From NCBI GenBank assembly GCA_045130475.1, contig JBGUPU010000017.1:26635-90634 (forward strand): a stretch of DNA of 64,000 bases. Reading direction: 5' to 3'. This document shows, piece after piece, positions 1-10,434 of this stretch (positions within the stretch are counted from its first letter, which is position 1; each line of letters opens with the position of its first letter). The translations under genes were made by a program, and so were the position numbers. Below the pieces are notes generated by a model, which saw only the letters and a program-made list of their open reading frames with translations, had not been told where the DNA came from and did not search any database. Source of the DNA: Lachnospiraceae bacterium (GTDB lineage: Bacteria > Bacillota > Clostridia > Lachnospirales > Lachnospiraceae).

Positions 1-2
1 CC

Positions 3-1178
3 CAGGAACTGGCCCACCGGGCGCAGCTTTCCCAGGACCGCAGCGCCGCCCTCCTTTCTCCTGCGGAAAAAGAATCTCTCTGGCAGGAGTTCCAAAAGCT
101 GATCCTCCAGATCAGGGAAAAGGAATTCACCCCGGTCATGTACTGCCGGCAGAAAGATGCACAGACAGCAGGTGCTCCGACAGAATTCTCTCTGGTGAAA
201 CTCACGCACTACGCCGACTGCACCGAGATCGAGTATGATTCCCCCTCTGCCCTTCTCGAGGATTTTTATGCGCGCAAAAACACCTACACCCGGATCCGGC
301 AGCGATCTGCGGACCTGCGCCACATCGTACAGACCATCCTCGAGCGCGATGTACACAAGTACGATCTTCAGTGCCGCCAGATCAAGGACACGGAAAAGAG
401 GGACAAATACAAAATCTACGGGGAGCTGCTCAATGCCTACGGCTACTCAGTTCCAGCCGGCGAAAAAAGCTGTGAAGTTCTGAACTACTATACAGGCGAG
501 AACCTCAGGATCCCGCTTGATCCCACTCTGACCCCCCAGCAGAACGCGCAGAAATATTTTGACCGCTATGCCCGCATGAAGCGTACCAATGAGGCGCTAA
601 CCCGCCTCACTGCGGAGGTCAAAGCAGAGATCGATCACCTCAGAAGCATCCAGAATGCCCTGGAATTCTCAACGACAGACGGTGACCTTTCCCAGATCCG
701 CCGCGAAATGGAGGAGAGCGGGTTCCTTCGCCGCAAATATACCGGGCGCAAAGACCAGCGCAGTGAAGGGAAAAAGGGACGTGCCCGCACCCCTCAGAGC
801 CTTCCGCTCCACTATCTGAGCAGCGACGGTTACGATATCTATGTCGGCAAAAACAACACACAGAACGATGAGATCACCTTCCGTATGGCAGACAGCCGGG
901 ATATCTGGTTCCATGCAAACGACATGCCGGGATCCCACGTCATCCTGCGTACAGGCGGACGGTCCATGGACGAGATCCCGGACCGCGTCTTCGAAGAAGC
1001 TGCATCTCTTGCCGCCTATTACTCCAGCGGCCGGGAACAGGGCAAGGTTGAGATCGACTACCTGGAACGCCGCAATGTCAAGAAGCCTTCCGGCGCTGCT
1101 CCCGGTTTTGTCGTGTATTACACCAACTATTCTATCCTCGCAAAGACTGACATCAGCGCCCTCCGCGAGGTGCCCTAA
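3..1178 (+). CDS. rqcH: NFACT/RqcH (FbpA/YloA-like) ribosome quality control protein, 5'-truncated by window edge
   Basis: Frame is open from position 3. Contains IPLDPTLTPQQNAQKYFDRY, YVGKNNTQNDEITF, WFHANDMPGSHVIL and AASLAAYYS, typical of NFACT-C/NFACT-R. Confidence 0.9.
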   Translation, partial: QELAHRAQLSQDRSAALLSPAEKESLWQEFQKLILQIREKEFTPVMYCRQKDAQTAGAPTEFSLVKLTHYADCTEIEYDSPSALLEDFYARKNTYTRIRQRSADLRHIVQTILERDVHKYDLQCRQIKDTEKRDKYKIYGELLNAYGYSVPAGEKSCEVLNYYTGENLRIPLDPTLTPQQNAQKYFDRYARMKRTNEALTRLTAEVKAEIDHLRSIQNALEFSTTDGDLSQIRREMEESGFLRRKYTGRKDQRSEGKKGRARTPQSLPLHYLSSDGYDIYVGKNNTQNDEITFRMADSRDIWFHANDMPGSHVILRTGGRSMDEIPDRVFEEAASLAAYYSSGREQGKVEIDYLERRNVKKPSGAAPGFVVYYTNYSILAKTDISALREVP

Positions 1179-1185
1179 GACAAGG

Positions 1186-1220
1186 AAAAACTCTGCAGGC
1201 CAATTCCTGCAGAGTTTTTT
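1186..1220. terminator. Bidirectional intrinsic terminator
   Basis: aaaaactctgcagg-N6-cctgcagagtttttt between convergent genes. Confidence 0.85.
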
Positions 1221-1301
1221 ATTACAGCTTTTTTTATACAGCTTTTATTACAGCTTATATTACAGTCTTTTATCCATTTCTTAATTTCACTTTATTACAG
1301 C
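1221..1301. repeat. Five degenerate copies of ATTACAGC in the intergenic spacer
   Basis: Copies at about 1221, 1236, 1247, 1259 and 1294; the last overlaps the stop codon of the flippase gene. Confidence 0.7.
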
Positions 1302-2968
1302 CAGCGAAGCTTCCTGAGCAGCCGCGCCATTGCCGCTCCCTTGGGAAGCCCCAGGATATCCTCCTCTGTAAAACTGCCGATCCGGATCAGGATAAAGAAG
1401 TAAACCGGGACAGCGACGAGAATGGCAGGGATGAGGGCGGCAAAATTCGCGAAATATTCTGCCAGCATGCGGGAGGCCAGCGTAAAGATCACGCGGTACA
1501 CCGCATAGGTGGCAGCGCCCATGATCAGTGCGCTGAAGAGGGGTTTCCAATAGACCTTGGCCGCATCGAGGCGCAGGCCCAGATAGCGGCGCAGGAACAA
1601 TTCATTGAGGGCAAAGATGATCGCCGCGTACAAGACACTTACGAAGACCATTGCGTAGATGCCCCAGTCGGTAAAGCGGAGGAATAATACCAGGGCCGCC
1701 GTCTGGATGATCAGAGATGCGCCCGCGCTGACGATGGGCATATTCATCTTTCCGATTGCCTGCAGGACCGCATTGGTGATCGTGCCGACCGATAAAAAGA
1801 TGACGGTTACCGCCTGCAGGGCCAGCAGGACCGACGCCAGTTCCAGCGTATCCCACTGCGGGAACATCAGCATGGTGACAGGGCGCGCCAGCACCATCAG
1901 TCCCACCGCGCAGGGAATGGAGATGATCAGGGCCATCCGGCTGGCATTGATCGAGCGGCGCTGGGTCTCCTTTGCGTCTCCTGCCGCGTAGGCCGTCGCA
2001 ATATTAGGGATGATGGCAGCGGACACAGCAGTAGCGACCGAGATGGGAATATTGGTGATCACCACCGCCTTATTGGAGAACAGACCGAACACCGTCGTTA
2101 CAGCTGCCTCGGGAAGTCTCTTGACATCGATCAGCATATTCAGATAGATCATCTGATCCAGTGTTGTTGTAAGATTCAGGATAAAACTGCTCGCGATAAA
2201 GGGAGTGATCACCAGGATCGTGCTCTTCATGATCCTGCCGTAGGATTCCGTATGTCCCGTATCAAAGGCGATCCTCTGAAAATATCCCTTCCTGTGCCGC
2301 AAATATGCGATCAGCATAAAGATCAGCGCTGTGGCCACACCGCAGCCGGTACCCATTGCGCTTCCCATTGCACCGCGGACTGCGCGTTCTGTCTGATTCG
2401 CGTGAATCGACGCTGTGCGGATCAAAAGGGAGGCTGCCCCGATACTGACTGCTGCATTGGCGATCTGCTCCAGGATCTGCGACACAGAAGTCTGAACCAT
2501 GGACTGGTTGGCCTGAAAATAACCGCGCACCGCCCCCAGGATGCCAAACAGAAATACGGTGGGTGCAAAGACCCTCAGGACAGGGACCGCATTGTGCTTT
2601 ACCAGAACACCCGCCCCGAAATACAGGAGCAGACTGCCTGCCGCACCTACGATCAGAGAATAGATCAGCGCGCAATGGAATGCACGCTGGGCATTCCTGT
2701 ACTGCCCCACTGCAATTTTGGTCGACATCTGCCTGGAGATCGCTGCCGGCAGCGAGTTGGAGGACAGGATCAGGATGATCATATAAATATTGTAGGCGGC
2801 ACCGTAATACCCGTTTCCTTCATCTCCTATGATCGCGGTCAAAGGCGCTCTGTACAGAAGTCCTATGATGCGCACAACGATCGTGGCGATCGCCAGGATC
2901 CCGGCCTGTACGGCGATACTGCTCCCCGCAGACTTTTCTTTTTTTATCCCCTTCTCTGCTTCCTGCAT
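1295..2968 (-). CDS. Polysaccharide biosynthesis protein / MurJ-like MOP flippase (SpoVB/YtgP family)
   Basis: RIIGLLYRAPLTAIIGDEGNGYY motif and about 14 hydrophobic segments. Start 2968 chosen for its AGGAG RBS; ORF extends to 3004. Confidence 0.85.
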   Translation of the reverse strand: MQEAEKGIKKEKSAGSSIAVQAGILAIATIVVRIIGLLYRAPLTAIIGDEGNGYYGAAYNIYMIILILSSNSLPAAISRQMSTKIAVGQYRNAQRAFHCALIYSLIVGAAGSLLLYFGAGVLVKHNAVPVLRVFAPTVFLFGILGAVRGYFQANQSMVQTSVSQILEQIANAAVSIGAASLLIRTASIHANQTERAVRGAMGSAMGTGCGVATALIFMLIAYLRHRKGYFQRIAFDTGHTESYGRIMKSTILVITPFIASSFILNLTTTLDQMIYLNMLIDVKRLPEAAVTTVFGLFSNKAVVITNIPISVATAVSAAIIPNIATAYAAGDAKETQRRSINASRMALIISIPCAVGLMVLARPVTMLMFPQWDTLELASVLLALQAVTVIFLSVGTITNAVLQAIGKMNMPIVSAGASLIIQTAALVLFLRFTDWGIYAMVFVSVLYAAIIFALNELFLRRYLGLRLDAAKVYWKPLFSALIMGAATYAVYRVIFTLASRMLAEYFANFAALIPAILVAVPVYFFILIRIGSFTEEDILGLPKGAAMARLLRKLRWL

Positions 2969-3173
2969 TTCTTCTCCTGCATCTTCAGCAATTCTTGCGG
3001 TCATGGCCTCGTATTCACAGACTAGCCCGGTAAAAACTGCGGAACGATCATCGTAAAAATCTTTCTCTTGTAAAAAACTCTCTCATAGTATTCCGGACAA
3101 GTATTCCGGACAAGCGGATTCCGGTATCCGGATAAATCTCTACCACTATAACATAAGTCAGAAAAAAATCCAC

Positions 3174-3211
3174 AAAAAACTGCGGCAGGATATAAAAGAC
3201 ATCCTGCCGCA
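3174..3211 (-). terminator. Intrinsic terminator downstream of glgA
   Basis: tgcggcaggat-N9-atcctgccgca with a T-run on the minus strand. Confidence 0.75.
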
Positions 3212-3304
3212 GTGGATTTGATCCGGTTGATCCGTCATGTGTCTGCAGGCTGTTTTCTTCAGCCGGCCGCTGTTTTTACAGCCGCCTTCCTTTGCCGAAT
3301 GACA

Positions 3305-4753
3305 TCAGCCGATGAGCCAGTCGTACATCTCCTGATACTTGGCAGCGGACTGCTTCCAGGAGAAGTCCGCACGCATTGCGCGCTCTACCATCTTGTTCCA
3401 CTCCAGGCGCTTGTCATAATAGACCTGCTCAGCGTAACGGATGGAGTGCATCATCTCATGCGCATTGTAGTTTGCGAATGTGAAGCCGGTACCGGTTCCC
3501 TCGAACTCATTGTAGGGCTCGACTGTATCCTTCAGACCGCCGGTCTCGCGGACGATCGGAAGCGTGCCGTAACGAAGGGACATCAGCTGGCTGAGTCCGC
3601 AGGGCTCGAACAGGGAAGGCATAAGGAATGCATCGGAAGAAGCATAAATCTTGTGGGACAGTTCATCCGAATAGTAGATGTTCGCAGAGATCTTGTCGTT
3701 GTACTTCCAGTCGAAGTAACGGAACATGTTCTCATAGCGCTCCTCGCCGGTACCCAGAACGACCATCTGGATCGCATCAAGGGAGAGAATCTCTTCGAGG
3801 ACATAGGCGATCAGGTCAAAGCCCTTCTGGTCTGTCAGCCGGGAGACAATACCGATCATGAAGCATTTCTCGTCGACCTTGAGTCCCAGTTCCTTCTGCA
3901 GAGCAAGTTTATTCTTGACTTTCATCTTGCGGAAGTTGTCAACCGTGTAAGGCTGAGGGATCTTCTTGTCATTGTCCGGAGAGAAATCTGTGTAATCGAT
4001 GCCGTTGATGATACCGCGCAGGTCATTGCTCCTTGCGTTCATCAGTCCGTCGAGGCCCTCGCCGTAGAACTGTGTCTTGATCTCCTCCGCGTAGGTCGGG
4101 GAAACGGTCGTGATGGCATCAGCATAAACCAGGCCGCCCTTGAGAAGGTTGGCATCCTTGTAAGCCTCCAGCTTGTCCGGTGTGAAATAATATCCGGAGA
4201 GGCCTGTAATGTCCTCGACATCACGCACATTCCACTTGCCCTGGAACTTCAGGTTGTGGATGGTCATTACAGACTTGATGCCCTGGAAAAACTCGTTGCC
4301 TGCAAAACGCTCTTTCAAGTATACAGGAACAAGGCCGGTCTGCCAGTCATGGCAGTGGATCAGGTCAGGGCGGAAATCGACTGTGGGAAGCGCGGACAGC
4401 ACTGCCTTGGAGAAGAAGGCAAAACGTGTAATCTCAAACAGCGGATCATCCGTATAAGGCTTGTCACTGGTGAAGAATCCTTCATTGTCGATAAAGTAGA
4501 AGGTGATGCCCTCAACTTCCGCCTTCAGTACGCCGACATACTCGCTCTTCCAGTGGAAGTCCATGTAGAAGTGTGTGACATACTCCATCTTGTCTTTCAT
4601 CTCCTGCTTCATGCAGGAATATTTGGGCATGATCACCCTGACATCATAATATTCTTTATCGAGTTCCTTGGGGAGAGAGCCGACAACGTCTGCCAGGCCG
4701 CCGGTCTTTATAAAAGGAACGCCCTCAGATGCCACAAAAAGAATCTTCTTCAT
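3305..4753 (-). CDS. glgA: Glycogen synthase
   Basis: N-terminal KTGGLADV, HCHDWQT, SRLTDQKG and PSLFEPCGLSQL motifs. Confidence 0.97.
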   Translation of the reverse strand: MKKILFVASEGVPFIKTGGLADVVGSLPKELDKEYYDVRVIMPKYSCMKQEMKDKMEYVTHFYMDFHWKSEYVGVLKAEVEGITFYFIDNEGFFTSDKPYTDDPLFEITRFAFFSKAVLSALPTVDFRPDLIHCHDWQTGLVPVYLKERFAGNEFFQGIKSVMTIHNLKFQGKWNVRDVEDITGLSGYYFTPDKLEAYKDANLLKGGLVYADAITTVSPTYAEEIKTQFYGEGLDGLMNARSNDLRGIINGIDYTDFSPDNDKKIPQPYTVDNFRKMKVKNKLALQKELGLKVDEKCFMIGIVSRLTDQKGFDLIAYVLEEILSLDAIQMVVLGTGEERYENMFRYFDWKYNDKISANIYYSDELSHKIYASSDAFLMPSLFEPCGLSQLMSLRYGTLPIVRETGGLKDTVEPYNEFEGTGTGFTFANYNAHEMMHSIRYAEQVYYDKRLEWNKMVERAMRADFSWKQSAAKYQEMYDWLIG

Positions 4754-4995
4754 ATTAAATGACCCCCTGTTACTGTAATGAGATTTGGGTATTTTTACTG
4801 CATTTGTGTGCCGGGAATGCTCCCGATTACACTAATCATTTTCCATTATACCTTATTTACAGGCATTTTGTTCAAAATTTTTATAAAAATCATAGTTTTT
4901 TTGTGACATGTTATGAAGGAAAAGCCGGCAGACCACACTGCCGGCTTTATTACGCACAGAAAAGGCAAGTATGAGGGCGTCAGACACAAAGCTTG

Positions 4996-5553
4996 TCATT
5001 GATCCCTCTCCCCGCCCACTTCCATGCGAAGATATCTGATCATGGCAGCATCCCGGATCCCCAGGATCTCCTGCACTGAAGAGGCATCCGTACCGCGCCG
5101 GAGCAGAGAGACCGCAAGCGCTTTCCGCAGATCCTCAGGCGAGACCCAGCCGCCCACGCCGGCTGCCTGCGCGTATTTCTTAACGACTTTCCAGACAGCC
5201 TGGCGGGTAAGGATCTGCCCGTCCCTTCCCGGAAAGAGCAGGGAGGACGGACCATCAACCTCTCTTCGCACTGCATAGAGATACTGCAGAAGGCAGTCCC
5301 TCGTCCTTTTTCCGAAAGGGATCATCCGCACTGACTGATCCTTCTCCGATAACAGTACACAGGAAATCTGCAGATCCAGGTTTTCCAGACGCAGCGGCAG
5401 CAGCTCCCGGACCTTGAGTCCGACGCCGCCGAGAAGTTCCAGGATCGCTCTGTCCCTTAATCCTGCCCTGGTCTGCTGATCCGGACAACTCAGGATCCTG
5501 AGCAGTTCTTCCTCCGTCAATATATTCGGTACTGAGCCGCGGGCTTCTTCCAT
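4996..5553 (-). CDS. XerD-like tyrosine recombinase catalytic domain only, with degenerate active site
   Basis: RDRAILELL, LTRQAVWKVVK and VQEILG match XerD. No N-terminal core-binding domain. RBS GGAAGGGG 6 nt before ATG 5553. Confidence 0.75.
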   Translation of the reverse strand: MEEARGSVPNILTEEELLRILSCPDQQTRAGLRDRAILELLGGVGLKVRELLPLRLENLDLQISCVLLSEKDQSVRMIPFGKRTRDCLLQYLYAVRREVDGPSSLLFPGRDGQILTRQAVWKVVKKYAQAAGVGGWVSPEDLRKALAVSLLRRGTDASSVQEILGIRDAAMIRYLRMEVGGERDQ

Positions 5554-5613
5554 TCTCAACCCCTTCCGTCACTAATGCCTTCCGGTCATTCCGGTCAATG
5601 CGCCTAAAAATGG

Positions 5614-5651
5614 AAAGTGCTGCGGATTCCTTACGGCCTTCCGCAGCACTA
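5614..5651 (-). terminator. Hairpin terminator downstream of rny
   Basis: agtgctgcgga ... tccgcagcact inverted repeat. Confidence 0.7.
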
Positions 5652-5699
5652 TACTTTTCATATTCTCAAAAGCTGAATAAATAATGATATTCTATGGTA

Positions 5700-7256
5700 T
5701 TATTTCGCATAATCCGTAACTCTGGACTCACGGATTACATTAACTTTGATCTGGCCGGGATATTCCATATCCGCTTCTATCTTCTTGGAAATATCTCTCG
5801 CCAGAATGACCATATCAGCATCAGTGATCTGTTCAGGAACTACCATCACGCGAACTTCTCTGCCTGCCTGAATGGCATAAGAATTACTGACCCCTTTAAA
5901 ACTGTTGGTGATTTCTTCTAATTGTTTCAGCCTTGTCGTATACGCCTCGAGAGTCTCTCTTCTGGCGCCGGGACGGGCTGCGGAAATTGTGTCTGCTGCC
6001 TGAACGATACATGCAATCAGGCTTGCCGGCTCAACATCGCCGTGGTGCGCTTCCACGGAATTGATAACTGTCTGTGATTCTTTATATTTTCTGCAGAGCT
6101 CGGCGCCAAGCTGTACATGAGATCCTTCCATCTCATGATCGACTGCCTTGCCGATATCATGCAGAAGTCCGGCGCGCTTCGCAAGGCGGACATCAAGTCC
6201 GAGCTCACTCGCCAGAAGACCGGATAACTGTGCAACCTCAATAGAATGCTTGAGTGCGTTCTGTCCGTAACTTGTGCGGAAACGCATCTTGCCCAGGAGA
6301 CGGACAAGTTCGGGATGGATCCCGTGTACACCGACTTCCAAAGTGGCGGCTTCTCCCTCTTCCTTGATCCTGGCATCTACCTCACGCTGTGCCTTGCCGA
6401 CCATTTCTTCGATCCTGGCAGGATGGATTCTGCCATCAACGATCAGCTTCTCCAGCGCGACACGTGCAACCTCGCGGCGGATCGGGTCAAATCCCGAAAT
6501 AACAACCGCTTCCGGTGTATCATCGATAATCAGATCGACGCCTGTCATCGTCTCAAGAGTACGAATATTGCGTCCTTCACGTCCGATGATCCTGCCCTTC
6601 ATCTCATCTCCGGGCAGCTGGACGACAGAAATTGTTGCCTCCGAAACATGATCTGCCGCACAGCGCTGAATGGCATTGATCACATATTCTTTGGCACGTT
6701 TTTCTGCTTCTTCCTTGGCTTCCGCCTCGATCTCTTTGATCATTCGCGCGGAATCCAGTTTCACTTCATCTTCAACAATTTTTAAAAGGTGTTCTTTTGC
6801 CTGTTCGGAGGTTAGGCCTGAAATTCGCTCGAGTTCCTGTAATCGCTGCTCATTCAGCAATGAAACTTCCTTCTGAAGTTTCTGCAGATTTTCTTCCTTA
6901 GCCGCAAGACTCTGTTCCCTGCGCTCCAGCTGTTCGACTTTGTTGTCCAGCTGCTCTTCCTTCTGCTGAATCCTGCGCTCATTTTTCTGAACTTCGTTGC
7001 GCCTGTTCTGGATCTCCTTTTCGAGTTCGTTCTTTGATTTGAACGTCTCCTCACGAATTTCCAGCATAGCTTCGCGTTTCTTGGATTCCGCTTCACGAAG
7101 GGCCTCATCAATAATCGTCCTTGCCCGTGCGTCTGCGCTGTCTACCTTGATCTCATCCTGCTTCCTGTGGTAATCGGAAGTGATGAACCAGGTGACGGGA
7201 ACTGCTGCAGCCAATGTCAGAATCACTGCAATCGCAATAATGATTCCTATCGACAT
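5700..7256 (-). CDS. rny: Ribonuclease Y
   Basis: N-terminal TM helix, coiled coil, KH motif [14 protein letters not shown] motif LLHDIGK, C-terminal ESRVTDYAK. Confidence 0.97.
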   Translation of the reverse strand: MSIGIIIAIAVILTLAAAVPVTWFITSDYHRKQDEIKVDSADARARTIIDEALREAESKKREAMLEIREETFKSKNELEKEIQNRRNEVQKNERRIQQKEEQLDNKVEQLERREQSLAAKEENLQKLQKEVSLLNEQRLQELERISGLTSEQAKEHLLKIVEDEVKLDSARMIKEIEAEAKEEAEKRAKEYVINAIQRCAADHVSEATISVVQLPGDEMKGRIIGREGRNIRTLETMTGVDLIIDDTPEAVVISGFDPIRREVARVALEKLIVDGRIHPARIEEMVGKAQREVDARIKEEGEAATLEVGVHGIHPELVRLLGKMRFRTSYGQNALKHSIEVAQLSGLLASELGLDVRLAKRAGLLHDIGKAVDHEMEGSHVQLGAELCRKYKESQTVINSVEAHHGDVEPASLIACIVQAADTISAARPGARRETLEAYTTRLKQLEEITNSFKGVSNSYAIQAGREVRVMVVPEQITDADMVILARDISKKIEADMEYPGQIKVNVIRESRVTDYAK

Positions 7257-7375
7257 ACAGGAGCACCTCCATATTCAATTGAACTGTTTGCTTTATTGTA
7301 TAGAACACAACCCCGTCTCCCAGACAACAACGGGACTCACATTGTATCCTAACGAACAAACTCACAACAAATTAG

Positions 7376-7404
7376 ATTCTAAACTTAATGTGTGCAACTG
7401 TCAA
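7376..7404 (-). promoter_or_regulatory. Sigma-70 promoter for rny
   Basis: TTGACA-17 bp-TAGAAT on the minus strand. Confidence 0.75.
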
Positions 7405-7474
7405 GTCATTCCTGAAAGCACACATCCGCGCAGCCGGTCCGAAGAAAGGGCTGTCAGAGAGGAAAAAGCAGGGG

Positions 7475-8146
7475 TCACCAGTCTTCCATGCCGCCTGTCA
7501 GGCTCCGGATCAGATCCATCGGATATCCTTTTCTGTGCAAAAAGGCCATGGTCTTCTGCCGCTCCTCGTAGGTCGCCTGCGAGGAGTCAAACCCCCGCTT
7601 TTTCAAAAGCCTTATCACCTGGTCCCTCTGGGCTGCGGAAAGATTTTCCACCTCTTCGACAGCAGCAAAGGCTTCTTCGATCACCGTCTCCGGGATGCCT
7701 TTTCCGGCCAGATCCCGTATGATCCGGCTTTTGCTTCTGTCCTGAAAATGACTTCTCACATAGCTCTGCGCAAAGCGCCGGTCATCCAGATAGCCCGCCC
7801 TTCTGAGCTTCTCAACAGCCTCGTCAATGACAGAGGGAGGATAGCCTGCCTCCCGGAGCTTTTCCCTCATACGGTATTCGGAGTAATCTCTGCTCCCGAG
7901 CAGCCTTCCGCATCTCTGCATGCAGGCAGAGCGCAGGGACTGCAGGATCCCGGCGTAAGTGTCCTCTTCCACTTCCCCGCCTTCTTCCAGTCCCAGCCGC
8001 CTTGCCTTGGAGGAAGAAATGACAAAGCTGCTGCCGTCCTCCATGGTCACACGTACACGTCCGTGGGCGGGAGGAACAGACTCTCCGCTGCCCATCCTGT
8101 ACCGGGTCCTTCCCCGGATCTGTTCAATTGATATTATTGTATGCAC
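7475..8146 (-). CDS. recX: Regulatory protein RecX
   Basis: SRDYSEYRMREKL, GYLDDRRFAQSYV and LHRKGY motifs; lies downstream of recA. GTG start at 8146 after GAGGACAGG. Confidence 0.9.
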   Translation of the reverse strand: MHTIISIEQIRGRTRYRMGSGESVPPAHGRVRVTMEDGSSFVISSSKARRLGLEEGGEVEEDTYAGILQSLRSACMQRCGRLLGSRDYSEYRMREKLREAGYPPSVIDEAVEKLRRAGYLDDRRFAQSYVRSHFQDRSKSRIIRDLAGKGIPETVIEEAFAAVEEVENLSAAQRDQVIRLLKKRGFDSSQATYEERQKTMAFLHRKGYPMDLIRSLTGGMEDW

Positions 8147-8289
8147 GATCCTGTCCTCTTCGGATAGTCCCTTCAAATACAGGAAGCCGGGTCGGGCCTG
8201 CACAGTCGACCTGCACAGGCCCTTGCCGGCCTCATAAGTCCCCTTGGGGATCCGTCACTTTTTCATGCTGTCATGCTGTCTTATTCGTC

Positions 8290-9351
8290 TCAGTCCTCTG
8301 CGTCTTCCTCTCCGGGCTGCCCGGCGGGCACGGGCATCTTGGCTCCGTCCGGATCCAGATTGTAGTGTTCGCGCACCTTGCGGTCGATTTCAGCCAGCAG
8401 TTCCGGATGATCCAGCAGGAACTGCTTGGAATTCTCACGGCCCTGTCCTACCCGGCTGCCCTCATAGTTGTACCATGCACCGCTCTTGTTGACGATATCA
8501 CAGGCTGCGGCAAGATCGAGGACATCGCCGACATAAGAGATACCCTTGCCGTACATGATATCAAACTCGGCTTCCTTGAAGGGAGGAGCGATCTTGTTCT
8601 TGACGATCCTGACTCTTGTGCGGTTTCCGATGCTCTCACCGCTCTGCTTGAGCGTCTCGATCCGGCGCACGTCCATACGCACAGAGGCGTAGAACTTGAG
8701 CGCACGTCCGCCTGTGGTCACTTCGGGATTTCCGAACATGACACCGACTTTCTCACGAAGCTGGTTGATAAAGACCACGGAGCAGTTGGACTTGCTGATC
8801 ACGGCCGTAAGTTTGCGGAGAGCCTGCGACATAAGGCGGGCATGAAGGCCCACATGTGAATCACCCATGTCTCCATCGATTTCCGCCTTGGGTACCAGTG
8901 CGGCAACAGAGTCGACTACTACAATATCGATCGCACCAGAACGGACCATTGTCTCAGTGATCTCCAGCGCCTGCTCACCGCTGTCCGGCTGGGAAATATA
9001 CAGGTTGTCGATATCCACGCCGATATTTTTGGCATAGACAGGATCAAGCGCATGCTCTGCGTCGATGAAGCCTGCAATGCCGCCCCTTCTCTGCACCTCG
9101 GCGATCATGTGGAGTGTGACCGTCGTCTTACCGGAAGACTCCGGACCGTAGATCTCTATGATCCTGCCGCGCGGAATACCGCCCTGGCCAAGGGCAATAT
9201 CCAGACTAAGGGAACCTGTGGGGATTGTCTCTACACTCATCTGCGCAGCAGGGTCGCCCAGCTTCATCACTGCGCCTTTGCCAAACTGTTTCTCTATGTG
9301 CGAGAGCGCTGCATCCAGCGCCTTCTGTCTGTCATCTTTTGCAATAGCCAT
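8290..9351 (-). CDS. recA: Recombinase RecA
   Basis: [33 protein letters not shown] and GGRALKFY motifs. Confidence 0.99.
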   Translation of the reverse strand: MAIAKDDRQKALDAALSHIEKQFGKGAVMKLGDPAAQMSVETIPTGSLSLDIALGQGGIPRGRIIEIYGPESSGKTTVTLHMIAEVQRRGGIAGFIDAEHALDPVYAKNIGVDIDNLYISQPDSGEQALEITETMVRSGAIDIVVVDSVAALVPKAEIDGDMGDSHVGLHARLMSQALRKLTAVISKSNCSVVFINQLREKVGVMFGNPEVTTGGRALKFYASVRMDVRRIETLKQSGESIGNRTRVRIVKNKIAPPFKEAEFDIMYGKGISYVGDVLDLAAACDIVNKSGAWYNYEGSRVGQGRENSKQFLLDHPELLAEIDRKVREHYNLDPDGAKMPVPAGQPGEEDAED

Positions 9352-9387
9352 TTTATATCTCCTTCATTCTCAGAACATTCAATTACA

Positions 9388-9399
9388 GAACATCCGTTC
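9388..9399. promoter_or_regulatory. LexA (SOS/Cheo) box at the recA transcription start
   Basis: GAACATCCGTTC matches the Firmicute consensus GAAC-N4-GTTC and lies just downstream of the -10 element. Confidence 0.85.
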
Positions 9400-9407
9400 G
9401 CCTAATC

Positions 9408-9436
9408 AGTATAGCATTCCGTTTTCATCCCTGCAA
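9408..9436 (-). promoter_or_regulatory. Sigma-70 promoter for recA
   Basis: TTGCAG-17 bp-TATACT on the minus strand. Confidence 0.75.
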
Positions 9437-9666
9437 GTATTATTTTTGCGGGGTTTTCAAAAAGAAAAAGAGCCGCACGCAAAATCCATCGATCCCTGCG
9501 TCCGACTCCGTTCATCCTCTATCATCCGTCTGTTCTATATGTATACTTGCCTGTCCAGAATGGATTTAAGTATAATCCAAAGACCGGCTCCGGTCAACGG
9601 TCCTCCCGTCTTCTGCCGGCACCGTCCGGATCTCTCCCGGGGAATCTTTCAGATGCAGGCACCCCT

Positions 9667-10422
9667 TCAGGGATACTGGACATCCAGATCCTCGATCTTA
9701 CCGGCCGTGAGGCGCACTGCCTCCATGATCTGCTCCGAAGTAACATCTCCTTCGCCGGCCAGTTCCATGGGCGTCACCTTTCTGCCCAGCTCTTCAGCCA
9801 GCTCATGCGCCTTGTCCGCCACCAGGTTGACCATATCTTCGATCTGCCTGTCTACAGCGTGATCGTCCAGCATTTCAGAGATCAGGTCCTCCATGCTGTC
9901 CATGATCCTCCTGCCCAGCTCGCCCTCCACTTCATCGGGGCTCTCAAGATAGCCGAGAAGCCTGACACCCGTCACCAGTGCCTCGTTGCCGGCGCCGATC
10001 AGTTCCTCGATGCTGACACCCTGTCCCGAATACAGACGGGCTATATCCACAACTTTTGACAGCATCTGTTCGCTGAGTTCCTTCTGCGCTGACCTCTCAC
10101 CTGCCATGGCGGAGATTTTCAGCGCGTCCAGGACAGAGTCGGTCATCTCGGGCACGGAATCGAGGATTTCCATATAAGAACTGAGGAAATCCCTCTCCTT
10201 TTCGGGAAGTTCATCCACATCGCCGGGCCGGGTGCCCACAATGATCTTGTTGGCCTTCAGATAGTCCTCGATCTGGGCCAGCTGGCTTTCCTCCAGGGAA
10301 ATCGACGAAAAAATGTCAGCGATCTCATCCCTGGAAATCACGCCGCCGCTGCCCCGCGCCTGTTTCAGCGTTTTCTGAAGCAGGGCCATAAATTCCTGTT
10401 CTTTCTGAACGTTGTTCTCCAT
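9667..10422 (-). CDS. Truncated sigma-70-like protein (regions 1.1, partial 2, and 3; no region 4)
   Basis: ARLYSGQGVSIEELIGAGNEAL resembles region 2.1-2.2 and ELGRKVTPMELA resembles region 3. The protein ends there. Confidence 0.7.
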   Translation of the reverse strand: MENNVQKEQEFMALLQKTLKQARGSGGVISRDEIADIFSSISLEESQLAQIEDYLKANKIIVGTRPGDVDELPEKERDFLSSYMEILDSVPEMTDSVLDALKISAMAGERSAQKELSEQMLSKVVDIARLYSGQGVSIEELIGAGNEALVTGVRLLGYLESPDEVEGELGRRIMDSMEDLISEMLDDHAVDRQIEDMVNLVADKAHELAEELGRKVTPMELAGEGDVTSEQIMEAVRLTAGKIEDLDVQYP

Positions 10423-10434
10423 AAATCTTTGTCC

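Noticed and set aside
4996-5559. Xer-like gene as the integrase of a prophage or island
   Set aside because: No att-like repeats, no cargo genes or composition shift, flanked by core genes, and catalytic residues are degenerate.
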